64,000 nucleotides of DNA from Trypanosoma brucei (taxonomy: Eukaryota): assembly GCA_000002445.1 (NCBI GenBank), contig CP000071.1:64001-128000 (forward strand), given 5' to 3'. This document shows positions 11,869-25,470 of this stretch, in pieces. The notes beneath the pieces are model-generated. The model was not told the origin of the DNA. It made no database searches and saw only the letters and a list, made by a program, of their open reading frames with translations. The position numbers and the translations under genes were made by a program. The number at the start of each line of letters is the position of its first letter. Position 1 is the stretch's first letter.

Positions 11869-13281
11869 ATGCGTGGCGTACACCCAACCGCACTACACGC
11901 ACCAGACGCCAGCATTGAAAGTACGCTCGCTCTTTTCAACCTAACGATTTCAGCTCCAAAGGCACTGCAGGAGCTAGAAACCGCCAAAGCTCCAGAAACG
12001 GCAATCGAAAAAGACGGTTCCTCGGCCAAAATACACTGCGCCGACAAAGCAAAAGAGCTGTGTTTAAAAGCTGCAGCAAGGGCCAAAACCCATGGAAATG
12101 ACAAAATAGCACTAGAACTCAAACAAGATGCGAGTGACGAGCAAGTAAAAGCGGCTATAAACAACACCCTGATGCAATTACATGGCTTGCTCGCAAAGTT
12201 CGAGCAACAGAAGGTGCAAACCAAACAAACAACCGTAAGCAGCTTGCTACTTAAAGCACTCGGCGCCAAGGCTGACGGCACAACAAGTATAAAGCTGACG
12301 GGCTACAGCACCGACCTGGCGACTACATGCGGCAAACCCAACACCGAAAACAAAGGGACAGCCGCAGGCAAAACCATTGCGGTCGATACCATATGCCTTT
12401 GTGCTAGCGACAGCACAAACAGCAACAGCAAAGCGTGCGGAACAAAAGACGACGCTCGACCGTAACTTTCAACAACGAGAACAATGAGATACAAACAGCG
12501 TGGCAAGCACTAGCAGCAGAGTGCAAAAAGCAGTACGCAACCAAGGCGCTAACAGGAAAAAGCCTGGAACAAGCCGTGCAGCATTTTCTCTTTGAAATAG
12601 CAAAAAAACAAGGAGCCAAGGGCGATTTAAGCAACACTTTGGGTTTCATCAGTGGAACAGGAGCGAACGGCTGCACGGCAGCTAACGACAACAACGAAGG
12701 AAGCTGCGTATATTACGGTCGGGAATCGACCAACAAAGGGCCGCTTAAACCAGGCTGGTTGGAGCCACTCAACCAAGCAGTAGCAGCTCTTTGGAACAGC
12801 GAACAGGCTGCTCAACGAGCGCATGCATTAACCGACAGAATCACAGCACTAAACAATACGCTCTCTTCGCTCATACACCTTGGTGGAGCTGCAGCAAGTC
12901 AACAAAAAAGTAAAGCAAACCACCCTACTGACAAAACCGTCAATAGCAAGAATGCAGAAAAAGCGGCAAACAGAGAGTGCAAGCAGCACAAAAACAACAA
13001 AAATGCATGCGAAAATGCAGGAAAATTCAAATGCAAGGGAAAAACTAAAACAGACGGCCCATGCGAACCTAAAGAGAGAGAATGACAGACAAATACGGCA
13101 GGAACAGGAGATGGAGCTGCAGGAATAACTAAAGAAGGAAAAAAGTGGTCTGAAACGACAAAGTGTGATGGTGACAAAAGTTGTAAATGGGATGGAAAAG
13201 AATGAAAAGGTTCCAGCTTTCTTGTCAATAAGAAATTAGCAATGAGTATGGCTGCTTTCGTGAGTTTATTATCATTTTAAA
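11869..13281 (+). pseudogene. VSG: VSG pseudogene (N-terminal start degenerate, frameshifts; C-terminus SFLVNKKLAMSMAAFVSLLSF)
   Basis: ORFs 11869-12465, 12435-13085 and 12880-13128 in shifted frames. VSG-like Ala/Lys/Thr-rich N-terminal domain. Cys-rich CTD (..CKQHKNNKNACENAGKFKCKGKTKTDGPCE..). Canonical GPI tail ends at 13281. Degenerate 16-mer at about 13381-13395. Confidence 0.8.
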
Positions 13282-13981
13282 CATTATTAAAATTATAAGG
13301 ATTTTTGCTCAATTTGAGATATTTAATGAAAATTATAAAATTTGCTTTTCTAAGAGAATTTTCTAAATTTGGTAAAATTTTATATATATTAACACTTTTC
13401 AATGAAAATGTGAAAATCAGTCAATTTGAGGAGAAATATAAAAATTTGGATAGAAATTGATATAGGTGAAAAGTATCATGGTGGTAAGAAATGAAAAAAA
13501 ATATTTTAATTTCTTAACTTTTTCACTATGAACTCTACCTGTATGCTCCTCAATCGATCTGTATAGACTTCCAGTGCGGCTACTTCTTTAACTGACACGC
13601 TTCCCATCATCACGATTCACTACTTGCTTCCTCCTGCGGGGCCTGGCTAACGGTGCCTTGTTGAGGAAGACCCCTGTTTGGACATTGTCTTCCATCATTT
13701 TAAATAAATCTCACTGGCTGTCATCCAAATGTGCAGCATATAGTCAGTGGATATTTAGCATGATGGGAACCTTTCTATCTTTATTTTTTGCAGGGTTATC
13801 AATTTCTTAGTGTCTATTGCGGGAGGAGTCGGATGTTCCGTTGAAAAGAAGAGTGCCCTTAAGAAGCTCGCCAATTTAACACTAAAGTATATATCTTCCT
13901 CTTTCAGACTGTTTACTCCATGCTTAGACAAGATTTTACTCAAAGCAGGAAACTGTAACACGTGTGCAGATGTTTTTTTTT

Positions 13982-16900
13982 ACATTTCACTTTTAGCTCA
14001 TTTCGACTATCAGAGCCACGTGCCTGACAACCTTCCCCTTGGATGCGCATTATTAGATATTGCTTGCGTGCACATATCTTCGAGCAGTGTGAACATTGGT
14101 GCTTGAGAGGAGCCAGTGATGTGATTTCCAGGGGTTATTCTTCACGGTTCCTCTTGACAGTGATTGCATTTTCGTTGTGTGTCCCGGTATGCAATACTAG
14201 TGTACACCATGACGTGCAAGTGTTATCACACCTTCCACATGCAACCTCTCTACGAGTATTCTTTGTGTGCAATTAAGTCTTATGCCGTTTGTGTTTTAGC
14301 TCCTCTCTCTGATCGAAATATTTCCTTCTCATCTTCCCGCGTATCATGCTCGGTCTCTCTTATTCTCTCTCTTATTGTAGAGTTCAAGTTTTTTGTGTGT
14401 GACAAGTATGAGTTGGAGAGTGCTTTATCTATGATGTCGTGATTCGATCCACTTTTGGTAGTGGATTCTAGTTGTGTAGCTACTCTATGGTGGTTGCTTA
14501 CCCTCTCACTTTTTTGATCTACTTTTTCAATGCTCACGCACTTGTGACGTGTTAGCCATGTCTTGCTTTTGAAACCTCTCTTTTATTTGTCGCAAACATA
14601 AAGTGGTGGTTCACTGTCATCCTCATTTTTTTGTTCTCGCTACTAGTGTCTTTCTTTGCAAATTTTATATCTCCTTAGTCACTTTTCTTCTTTTTATCGT
14701 CTGCGTTATGAGTGAGGTATCATGTCCTGTGTATTTTGCGTTCATTTCTCGTGACATCCAGTTGTGGTGATATTCTTTACCGCATATCTTATATGTCTCT
14801 CTCTCCGGAAGTACTTCCTGTAGTGGTGTGCTGGGTTCCCGTTCAATCAGCTCCGGTATGCACTTATGTCTGGTGAACCAGGTCTGGTTTTTATACACCT
14901 GTCTTCAGCGGAGATATTCGCATGCTTGTGGTGCATACTCTTGTTCAACTTCGTTGCTCCTATGCTGCACTTCCGTTTGTTGTGTCACTTCGATTTTCTT
15001 TTCAGGACGTTTCATATGTATATGCTTGCTCAACCAGTCATATGTGGCATAATTCTTAGTCAGCATTGACACTTGTGGACAGTTGGCAACGACGGTTCTT
15101 CTCCTTCTTGATTCCCATTTTCTCGCTCTGTATATACTGCTGGAGTTGTCAAAGTGTATTGTGGCATGTGTTGTTGCAGTAGTCTCTTTATGTCGAATAC
15201 TTTACCAATACGTGACATCGATAAACGTCATTATACGCCTGCGCTGCTATTGGCACCATTTGTAGTGCAGTGAGTACATTTTCAACCCACTGATGTATCT
15301 TCATCGTGTGTACACTCCCCTTGGTTGTCTCGCACACACGATGTTTTAAAATGAGCATATGAAAGGTTCATTCTGTCTTGTAGCTATTACAACTTTGCTT
15401 TCCTCAGTTTCTTCCGTCGTTGGTGTTTTGAGTAAGGGAAGGAATATTGAAAATGTTCCCTTTGTGTGGTTTGTACACCATCTACATTCAAGGTCGTCAA
15501 CCTTTCGTGTGATCACCCTATGTAACCATTCAAAATGTTTTGAAGTCCCTGTTCTAAATTGAACCAACAGTGACTCATCTTCCCGTCCTAGCTCCTTTTT
15601 TTAGAAGGGTCAGTTTCATGTGGTTTAATAAAGCGCTGAGGTGTTTGTTTGTGCCGCGGCCTTCCGAAATTGTGCATTGCGCCTGATTACGTAATTGGCG
15701 CTTTATACCTGTGACTATGTCAGTAATCTATGCAGGGTAGATTTGCAGCATGTGGTTGCCTTTGTTTACGAGCTCTTCCACTTTGTTAATTCTCGGGATA
15801 TGGCAATGCTAAAACACAAACTAAAACGACATGTTTACTCTCAGTTTCATGAAGCATAGGATCAGATCTCATATGCGTCACAGTATGGAATTCGTCACTA
15901 CTTCATGATCTGTTTTAAGAGATATTAATAAAGATAAAGAGTATATAAATATTTCCACCTTCGTTTTTTCTACTTTACTTGATCTTTATTACTGACTTAA
16001 GTTTCATAAGTCTTGCCTCCATGGCTACACACTAGGCTCTGTATCTGCATGCTAACCTGCCTCCTTTCCTCACTTTTAACACTTTACCTCGTCTAGGGTA
16101 TATTATCGCGCCGGCACCAGAGGATTCTTCCAGTATCACTGACCCATCCGCCCACACTTTATAATCGTAGTCTTTGAATCTACGTACCCTTTGTATTGTG
16201 TGCCTTTTCTTTTCTCTGTCACAAGCGTTAGAATGGAGACCACCTGGTGTTGTGGTGTTGAAGTATGGTCTCCTCGCCAGTTGCCATATGCTTGCCGTGT
16301 GTGGCTTCTCCGGTCTGTCTACTTCCTCATACAAGTGTGACACACTCTGCAGGCGCGTGTATATCGGATGAATGGGTGGGAACATTTTTTCCACTGTATC
16401 AGCTGATGACTTGCCCTTTGTCTTTCTTGTTAAATGGTATTCTATTGCTCGTCTGTGAGCAATATCATCTATCTTGTGAAGGCGAGCCTTTTTTACGGAA
16501 TTATGCTGATTCGCATACTTTGTAATACCAGCGATAACACATGCAGCCTGCGCTTGTACTCGTTTGGGCTTCTCCTTATTTGATGGAGATGCATTAAACC
16601 ACCATGCTGCGATACCATAGCATAACGTTCCCCGGATTAAGGCTAAGTAAAATGATCTGACTCTTTCTTTACTATCCTCCTATTCGGGTGATGCAACAGC
16701 CCTTAATTTCATTAATCTCATAGTTGCTGCTGTTTGTAGGGTACATGTGCTATTTGCTTACACCCTTGTGTGGTTGCATTCTCACCTGAAGGAGTCTAGG
16801 ATTCCTTGTCTCATTTAACCTGTGCTATCCCACCATTAGGTGTAATGGGTCTCTGTCTTTCACCCCAAAGGATGTGTAATTCGTTTTTTTCTGCGGACAG

Positions 16901-19213
16901 CCCCATATAGTGCTCTGCTGATCAGCTCGCTATACAATCCAATCCTGTTTGCAGCGTCTGCCGAATAGCTGCCCGGTCAGTGTTAGAGCATACTATCGTG
17001 TGGTCATCTGAAAAGAAGAGGTGTTTAAGGGCTGGTATGGCATTTCGTTTCGCGCTGAAGTCCATTGAGATAATGGATAGCAATGGCGTCAAAACGGAAA
17101 CTTCTGTAACACTACACGTGAGTTGTATTTTCTTTGAGAGGGTGTTGCTTATTATTGCTACTGCAGTCCATCTCTCCAGGAAATTTGCAACCCACCCAAT
17201 GAGGTGCATGCTTACCTCATATCTTTTTATTGCATCCGCAATTCATCCATGATGTGCAGAATCAAGTGCTCTCGCATAATCTATGAATACCATAGCGGTT
17301 TTCTCTCCTGCTACATTATGTGTCACTGATTCTGTGAGTGTCATCAGGTTGTCTAACGTAGACGTCCACGAACAAAAACCAGCTTTCTATGGTTGTGGCT
17401 TACATTCTACATTGTCTCGTATGCATCACGCTACAATCCTCTTCATGAGCTTATATAGGGTGCTATTGAGCGTGATGGACCTAAACGATGACATACACTT
17501 TGCAGGTTTGTTGGGTTTGAGTAGTAACACAATAACGCCCTACTTCCACTTCTCCGTCGTCTAGTTTCTCTGTAGGCTACAGTTGAAAAGCTTGGGAACA
17601 CATTTCTTGCTACGGCGTTCTAATTAACTCAACTAATTGTTCACAATGTATATCGTCCTTGCCTAGGGAAGTACCTGAAGACAGTTCTTCTAGTGCTGTC
17701 TCAAGTTCTGCCATATTTATTGGTGCGAATTATACGCTCACTCGATAAGGTGTACTCATGGGAGGAGCATCTGGTGCTTTCGTTTACTGCTCTCTATACA
17801 TTTGAGCTGGCTTATTAGCTTGCTTTCTGCGTGTTAGAGGGTAGTCATTCACTACCAAAACCGGAGATGTCAGTAGTCTCAGTGGGTATACGAACTTAAC
17901 TAAATTCCAACTTTTTGTGTCAGTCACTGACATCTTCGACACACTTTCCTTCCACCGTTGTAGGGACGTTTCAGCGAGAGCCTTCCTTCTCTTGCATATA
18001 AGGGCATCTCTGTGCTTTTAATTTGTACACTCCCTTATTTTTGTGTCCAGTTCTGTTAGCTCTCGTGCCCAGAATGATGGCGATACTTCCTTACCTTGCT
18101 GTATTGTTTTCTTTGCTGCTGTGCTAATGCCTTTGGTCACTGCCTCATTTATGGCATCCACGTTCTTTCTCGACTTCCTTAATTTTTTCACCATTATTAC
18201 ACCACACACTTTTCTAAACTCCCACAAATTTGCTCTATTCCAAGCGCAGAACGCCCTTCTCGGCTTTATAATAGCGATCATTTCTACACCAATCCCAATT
18301 CACACCTCAAACATTACACAGTAGTGGTCACTATCTGGACTGAGACTTGCCTCCCATCTTGTGACTTCGCAGTCTCTGTACATCGTAACATCGGGAGAAG
18401 ACCTGGTTGCAGTGTGAAACATTCTTCTCTTTGGGGTGCCATAATTTGCAATTTTGACATCATTTTGTAGACACCAGTCTACAATGCATTCTGCTGCTGT
18501 ATCATTTGGGCGAAGCGGGTCCCATATCTCATGATGTGCGTTGGTGTTGAATCCTATCACTAGGGGTTCAGTTGAGCTCTTAAGGCTATCTCAAGCGTGA
18601 AGGTAGCGAAATCTCTCTTTTGTTGGAAGTAAGCTGATTTTATATTTAACATTAGATCAGCTGAAAACATCAATGTTTCCGAGACTCTTTCTAGCGGTCC
18701 TTCCTCTTCCTTCGGACCTTGGATGACTCCCAAGCCATCCTTGACAAAACTTAATACCACACAACCATGTGGAAAATGTGCCATCCCATGTGTTGGTATC
18801 CACTGATTTTTAAGTTACAGCACTCTTTTGCTGCCAAGTGAGTCTCTTGAAATAGACAGAAGATTACCATATTATCGTGGAGCTTATTCTCTAAGGCGAT
18901 CCGCTTCGCCTGGGAGGAACCCCAGAGCTCCACTTGGCTCCACGAGTCATGAGACTGGTATTCTGTTCCACATCTCTGCTTAGTAGTAGAAGCCTATGTA
19001 TCCCAATTCAGGCACGCTCACACGTGCAGAGGAGCAGTCTAATATATTGCTTCATCCCAGAGGACTGATGTTGCTTTTTGCTTCTTATGCTGTCGCCGAA
19101 AGCCTATTTCCAACCCCAAACCTGTCGTACAGGGTATGATGCGGGCTCTTAGCTTCGCCCTTGACTGAGTACTAGACCTTGGCACCATGATGAGATGACC
19201 GGTAGCGCCAGGG
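13982..19213 (-). mobile_element. ingi: ingi non-LTR retrotransposon, full length (about 5.23 kb) but degenerate (ORF broken by frameshifts and stops)
   Basis: Plus strand 19130-19213 is the reverse complement of the ingi/RIME 5' end (CCCTGGCGCTACCGGTCATCTCATCATGGTGCCAAGGTCTAGTACTCAGTCAAGGGCGAAGCTAAGAGCCCGCATCATACCCTG). A poly(T) run at 13982-13991 marks the poly(A) tail on the minus strand. Minus-strand ORF fragments carry AP-endonuclease motifs (..CLFQETHL.., 18751-18933), a reverse-transcriptase F/YxDD motif (HLFFSDDHTIVC, 16922-17209) and an RNase H-like motif (VWADGSV, 16032-16394), in the expected N-to-C order. Confidence 0.85.
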
Positions 19214-19969
19214 AGAAAAACAAAGGCAACCAACAGAATGTAGACAATGCAACCAAAAAGAAAATAATGCAACATGAGCCAGTAATTTCAGTATTTCACT
19301 ATAAATGGATAGGTTTTGTTGCATAAACGACTGTAAAGACTTGATTTTTTAATCTGATTGCAAATCCTAATATCCAGCTGTGTAGAAGAAGAAGAACCGG
19401 ATAAAGAAAAACAAATTGTTTATGTGTGAGATAATTTTAGAGTTACACTCTCATTAGATGTAGTAATAAGCGGTAATAGTTGTGGAAAACAATATGGTAC
19501 TATCGTAATTAGAGTATTAAAACTATAACTTCTAATGAATTAACGTGAACGGTGAAAGAAGAATAAAAACGAGAAACCCGCTTAAAATCGCGGATTTATG
19601 AAACAGTAGATGATTTTTATAAAGAGAGAGAATTAGTGACGATACTTCTCCAATTCTCCTTTTGAATACCGGTAAGACATTTACTGCTGTCAAGAAGCGA
19701 GCAACTAATCCACATAGAAGTCGTCACCTATGGAGAGTTATCTTCGTGTGTTATCGCACGACAAACGTAAAGGAAGGCAATTTTCTTACCCAAATAATCA
19801 AGATATAAACGGCATCAGCCCAAAGCGAATTCAGACAAGCACAAGTACAAGCGAAATGTCAACTGTGTCCGGTAGTAGCAGAAACCAGCCCATTTATTCA
19901 GACACAAACTAAAATCTGTGAGCTAGCAAATGATATAAGACACTGAATACCATAAAGTTTTAGTATTTC

Positions 19970-19992
19970 ATATATATATATATATATATATA
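19970..19992. repeat. (TA)n microsatellite
   Basis: atatatatatatatatatatata read directly. Confidence 0.9.
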
Positions 19993-20580
19993 GAAAGACC
20001 TGTTTTCTAATTGAAACTGGAAATGTGTCAAAAACTAAAGTTGAGGTTAACTTTTTAAATACTTTCCATGGGTTTATGTGGTGAAACTGAACTTTTTAAA
20101 AGTGAAGCATATGAAAAACACCATCATTTAAAGTGATAATTTGCCTATTTTATTAGTATGCTACCTTTCATCATTTTTCGCAACTTTTTTAATGTTTATA
20201 ATTTTTGGTTGAAGAAATGCGCGCTATTTTTCTCTTTTTCATTTTTGGAAATGACATAACCTTATGAGTTTGATTTAAAATTTCTTTAAATGAAAAATTT
20301 TTTAATTCTTTAATGGAATTGTAAAAATAGAGCCGTAGTTTTGTATTTGTTACACCTGTAGCCATTTTAATTTCTTTCATTTTCCACTTAGATCTTAGAT
20401 AACAGCGCGGTTAGAAGGTTGCAGTAGGAGCTGACAATAAGGTTTAGTTTTGTTTTTCTAACCTTTCATTAACTGACACACACGGGCCGTTTTTACAAGA
20501 TAAATATAACTTTTTATTTTTATTTTTTTAAGCCATAGGAACTACCGAAAAAGATTAGAAATGTCTAGGCCAAAAAATCT

Positions 20581-22013
20581 ATGGCAAACCGTTACGATGT
20601 TTATTCTCTGACTCTTTTAGTTTCAGTCCTTTCAACTTGCTTAATTTGTCGCTATGCTGCCGCTGCAGCTGGAATGGGGCTATTAAAAGTGGTTTGGCAG
20701 CCCGTCCGCGAACTCAGCGAAGAACTAAACACATACGCAGGCGCAGCAATAAAAAGCAGCACCGACCAGTTGAAAGCAATACAAAACAGTAAAGCAGCAG
20801 AGTTGCGCACAGGGATTTACATAGCGAAAAATAGCGGCGCCACAGAAGTCAGAAAAGTCAGTTTGCTGAGAGCCTATTTAAGTCAAAAAACAAGCAAAGC
20901 AATGAGCCACTTTAGCTACACGGCGATTCCACAAGCCATAAAGACTGTTGCGCATGCAACATATCTGAAAGGAAACCTGGATGAATTCCTGAACCTTATG
21001 ATCGGCGCAAAAGGATCGACGACAACAGGCTGCCTCGTAACGACGGACACAACAGTAGCGACAGCACGGACGGATGACATTAGCGGTACGAAATGCAGGC
21101 GGAAGCTATCACCCGTTGCCGCAACAGAATTGCAAAGCTCGGTACTAACTGAAACAGGGTTCGGAAACTTGCTTTCGGGCACCGACAGCGGAGAAAACAA
21201 GCAAGCCCCCGGTACCGCACGTGTCATATTCTAGCTGGCGCAGCAAACAAGTATAGAACGGCGCAACTTGATAGCCCCCTGAAGCTCGCAGCAGGTTACG
21301 TTACGGTAGCCACGTCAGACACAACAGCAACTCTGGAAGACCTAACAAAACTCAGCAACAGCGGCGTCGGAAAGCCGGCATATTTCGTCAATCTTTAAAA
21401 CTCAATGGACGGCATAGAAACCGAATTGTCCGAAAACTTCAAAAACACAACCGGCAAACCCACGGAAAGAGCCGATCTGCTGCAAATAGCCAAGAGCGTT
21501 CATCTGAGTAAAGAGGAGCAAAAAACCAAAGACGGCAAAGTGTAGCTGGTGGAATTACTCAGCGATGGCGATGAGGCCAAGATTACCGATACCCTTAAAC
21601 TAGTCGGCGAGGAAATGATCACAGAAGAAGTCGGCGGCAACCCGAAGGAGCAGAAGCTGTCCCAAATTACAGATGAAAACGTGTTAAGCACTATTCTCAG
21701 CTATTACGAAATGCGTCTTTCCGACACGGTCGCCAAACTAAGAGCGACATTGATGCAGGCAGAAGAAGCGGAAAAAGGAGAAAAGAAAACACAAGAGCAA
21801 ATTTGCAACTAAATAAAAGATCAAAAAGCGTGTGATGTCGACAAAAACTGCGAATATGATGAAAAAAGAAAAGAGGTGCCAAAATGTGAATTGAGAGAAG
21901 GTAGAAAAGAACAAAAAAACCAAGAGGGAAGTGATGGCAAAACCACAAACACCACAGAAAGCAATTCTCTTATTATGAATTCTTTCTTTTTGCTTGCATT
22001 TTTGATTATATAG
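20581..22013 (+). pseudogene. VSG: VSG pseudogene (A-type-like N-terminal domain intact for 217 aa, then frameshifts; C-terminus ..GKTTNTTESNSLIMNSFFLLAFLII)
   Basis: ORF 20581-21234 has a signal peptide and a VSG N-terminal domain. ORF 21549-21812 and a downstream CTD (..CEYDEKRKEVPKCE..) sit in other frames. GPI-signal tail ends at 22013. No 70-bp repeat lies upstream; the ingi sits there instead. Confidence 0.8.
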
Positions 22014-22299
22014 TTAAGTAGATAAAGGATTTTTGCTAAATTTATACATATTTATGAGATTTGCGATTTTGAAAGAGTTTTTAATATTTACTAAAATTTG
22101 ATACATAATAACAGTTTTTAAAAAATTTGAAAATTAGTGAGAGTTTTCAAATATAAAAAACTGAGATTTTTCTGAATTGTCTATGAAGGTGGCCTATTTG
22201 TGTAATGTGGTATGGTGTCATGGTATGAAAAATAAATTCTATTCTAATTTAGTTAATATTTTGTGATTTTCTTATGTATAGTAGTTAGGATTATAATAA

Positions 22300-22480
22300 C
22301 AGTAATAATAATAATGATAATAATAATAATAAATAATAATAATAATAAAAATAATAATAATAATAATGATAGAAGAGTGTTGTAAGTGTGTATATACGAA
22401 TATTATAATAAGAGCAGTAATACTAATAATAATAGCAATAATAATTGTTGGAGACTGTTGTGACTGTGTATCATCATTGT
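22300..22480. repeat. 70-bp repeat tract (about 2.5 units with long (TAA)n runs)
   Basis: (ATAATA)n followed by gatagaagagtgttgtaagtgtgtatatacgaatattataataagagcagtaat, then a second degenerate unit. Confidence 0.85.
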
Positions 22481-23462
22481 AAAAACAGTGATGCTAAGAC
22501 CGAACGAACAGGTTGTAATGGAGAAAACAGAAGCAGTTAGATTGCGTTTCGAAATCACTCTGCGTATGAAAAATATATGTATCAGAAATAACTCTGTTAT
22601 GGAGAAGCATTACGGTATAATAAAGATCAGCGGTATAAAACAGCAATTCTCAACGATAATTCAGTGGAAAGGTGAAACTCTGTGAAACGACGCGAAGTCA
22701 CCCATAAACGGAGATCAGAAGCGCAGAAAGCATAGAGGTTAGGTATCTTTACAGTAATATGGAAAAGATCTAAAGTACAAGTAGTAACAGAGCTTGTGTA
22801 TCGTGAAATAATGCTTTAACATTGTTGATGAGTAAAAAGTATGGGATTGTCAAACACAAAGAACAATGAATATAAGATATTAGAGGCATGCGACCGAGGA
22901 GCACAGAGGGAAAGAGAAGTAACGTGGGAAAAGTTGCGTAATGATGTAATAGTTAAAGAGTATTTTCGTCAAATGTTAAGCAAATTAATCAATGTAAGCA
23001 GCCTATTTTGCACGTTAAAATCAGGAAATAGAAATGGTAACACTAACTGAAACAGGACCAAGGCCGCCTCAACCATGGAAGTAGTCCAAAATAATGAAAC
23101 AAGGTTCCATGAAATGGCTTCAAGAAAGTGGCTGTTTTGACTTAAAATAACGCATTTACTAAATATTAAAACTAAACGGACTTCGCGACCAACAGCCGTG
23201 TAAATATACAGAAATCTAAGGTTGTGCGGCACAGCCGCGTCTACAGTGCAAAAGAAATTGAAAGGGGAACAGTAACCAAACAAGCAAAGGAGAAAAAGAG
23301 TCTCTAACGAAAAACGGCAACATGACCACTAACACCACTCATACATGATGCACATGTCAAGCATGTCATATGAGGCTATATTCAAGAGGATAAATATACA
23401 ATAAAACGTGAAAACCTCATAAAATCAACTGCACTCCAAGTATTAGTCGAAAAAAAGTAAAA

Positions 23463-24974
23463 ATGATGGAGTGCGTTCGGGTCGAGCAGCCTGACGCCAG
23501 CCGACACAAAGGGCGGACCGCAGTGTTTCTGTTTTTGCTGGTAACCTTTACCAGAAGCAATGCCTTACCGATAGAAACCAACGACGAGTTAGCGGATGCT
23601 GTTAACTCGGTATGCCACGAGCAGCTTTACCTAGAGGAGCTGGTTAAGTTGCTCAAACAAGGGAATGACAAAAGGACCATGAACCTCAACCAAATAAGCG
23701 CAGGCGCACAGAAATACAAAATAGCAGCCGGGATTGCAGACACCATGGACAAGCGTTGTCTCTACATGGCGCTCCACCACAAGTTCCGAAGACTGCACCA
23801 AGACCAGACACCGCGAGTAAAACAGGCGAATGACGACGTGGACACAGCACTGCTAGCGGTTTCGGAGCACATCGGTGTTCTAAAGGCGACAACGGCGCTG
23901 GCAAAAACGAAGCTCAAACTCGACGAAGGCAACGTACACGGCAACGGCGGCAACACCAACAACATCCGAATACAGCTCGAAACAGAAAGCGGCACAACAA
24001 AACTGTGCGCAGAAGTGACGGAACAATCCCAGATAAACCCCCAGCACACGGCAATCAAGCCACATAAGCTAAAAGAAATCAAACTAACAGACAGAAAACA
24101 ACTAATCAAAAATCTCTTCAAGCAACACATAACGCTAGGTTCTCTAACCTCCTGCAGCAGCGCAGCGGGCTATAGCTCAATCTTTACGACAGCCATAAAC
24201 GCCTGCACCAGGAAAGGCAGTTCGACCTTAACAGGTGCCCAAGCAGACAGCAAACCAGAATATACAACCACATCCACAGCCCTATTTCAACAGGGCGACC
24301 CCGACAAAGACTGCCAGCAGTCAGCTTTAACACAAGGGGCTGCCGTCGACAACACCAAAAACCTGCAGTACTACCTGTGAAAAGCACTGAAAGCGCACTC
24401 AGTAACGGTTAATACACCTACAGGTCTCAACGACGAGTCACTGAAAGACGATGAGAAACTACGAGTGGATGTGCGAAACTGCGTGCCAGAACTACAGGGT
24501 GTCAAAGACACCAGTAATGCCGAACACAACAAGGCAGTGGTCGAGTTCATCAAACCCGGCTACGGTACCGATACACAAAAATTCGCAGACAATATTCAGG
24601 CACCACTAAGTACAATGAAGGCAAGTGTCCGCACTGCCAGCCAAACAGAAAAGAAAGAAATAAACAAAATAGCAACAGAAGAAGAAGCAACAGCGGCGCT
24701 AAGCGATGCCGAGGGAATAAGAAACACTAGAGAGCTTGAAGCACAAAAGAAAAGTGAACCCATAGCAACAGCGGATCAAAAAAAAGTAGAAGAAAAATGC
24801 AAGGGTAAACCGCAGGGTGAGTGCAAAGATGAAGATGGGTGTGAATTCAAAGAAGAAAAGTGCCAAGCTAAAGTGACCACAACAACAGGGACAGATGGTA
24901 AAACAAACACCACAGGAAGCAATTCGTTTCTTATTAACAAGGCCCCTCTTATGCTTGGATTTTTGACTCTATAA
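23463..24974 (+). pseudogene. VSG: VSG pseudogene disabled by a single in-frame TGA (24378-24380) in an otherwise continuous 504-codon frame; C-terminus ..TTGSNSFLINKAPLMLGFLTL
   Basis: ORFs 23463-24380 and 24465-24974 are in the same frame (both coordinates = 0 mod 3), and no other stop lies between them. Signal peptide, N-terminal domain and CTD with canonical GPI signal are all present. Confidence 0.85.
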
Positions 24975-25254
24975 TCAAACTTTTAAGAGTATCAGTTAAT
25001 TTTATGAAATTTATGAAAATTTCTACTTTCGGAGACTTCTGTAAAATTTCTAAAATACCATATATTTTTTAATGTATCTTGATGAAAACGTGCAATTTAG
25101 TTAAAAGGTGAATAATTTTAATTTTCAGTTAATATTTATGATCGTGGCATATGGGTGTAATGCAGGAGGGTGATAGGATATAAAAGATAGGTGATAATAT
25201 GAGAAATTGTTATTATGGTTTTTTATGAATATTGATTAAGGTTGCAATAGTAGT

Positions 25255-25470
25255 AGTACAATATTAATATTATTAATGATAGGAGAGTGTTGTGAGTCTA
25301 TAAATATACAAATATTATAAAAAGAGCAGTAATAATAATAATAATGATGATAATAATAGAAGAGTGTTGTAAGTGTGTATATACGAATATTATAATAAGA
25401 GCAGTAATAATAATAATAATGAAAGTAGAGTTTTGTGAGTATGTGTACACCAATATGATGATAAAAGTGG
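25255..25470. repeat. 70-bp repeat tract (about 3 units)
   Basis: Three units each with (TAA)n + agagtgttgt(g/a)agt..tatatac(a/g)aatattataa(t)aagagcagtaataat. Confidence 0.85.
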
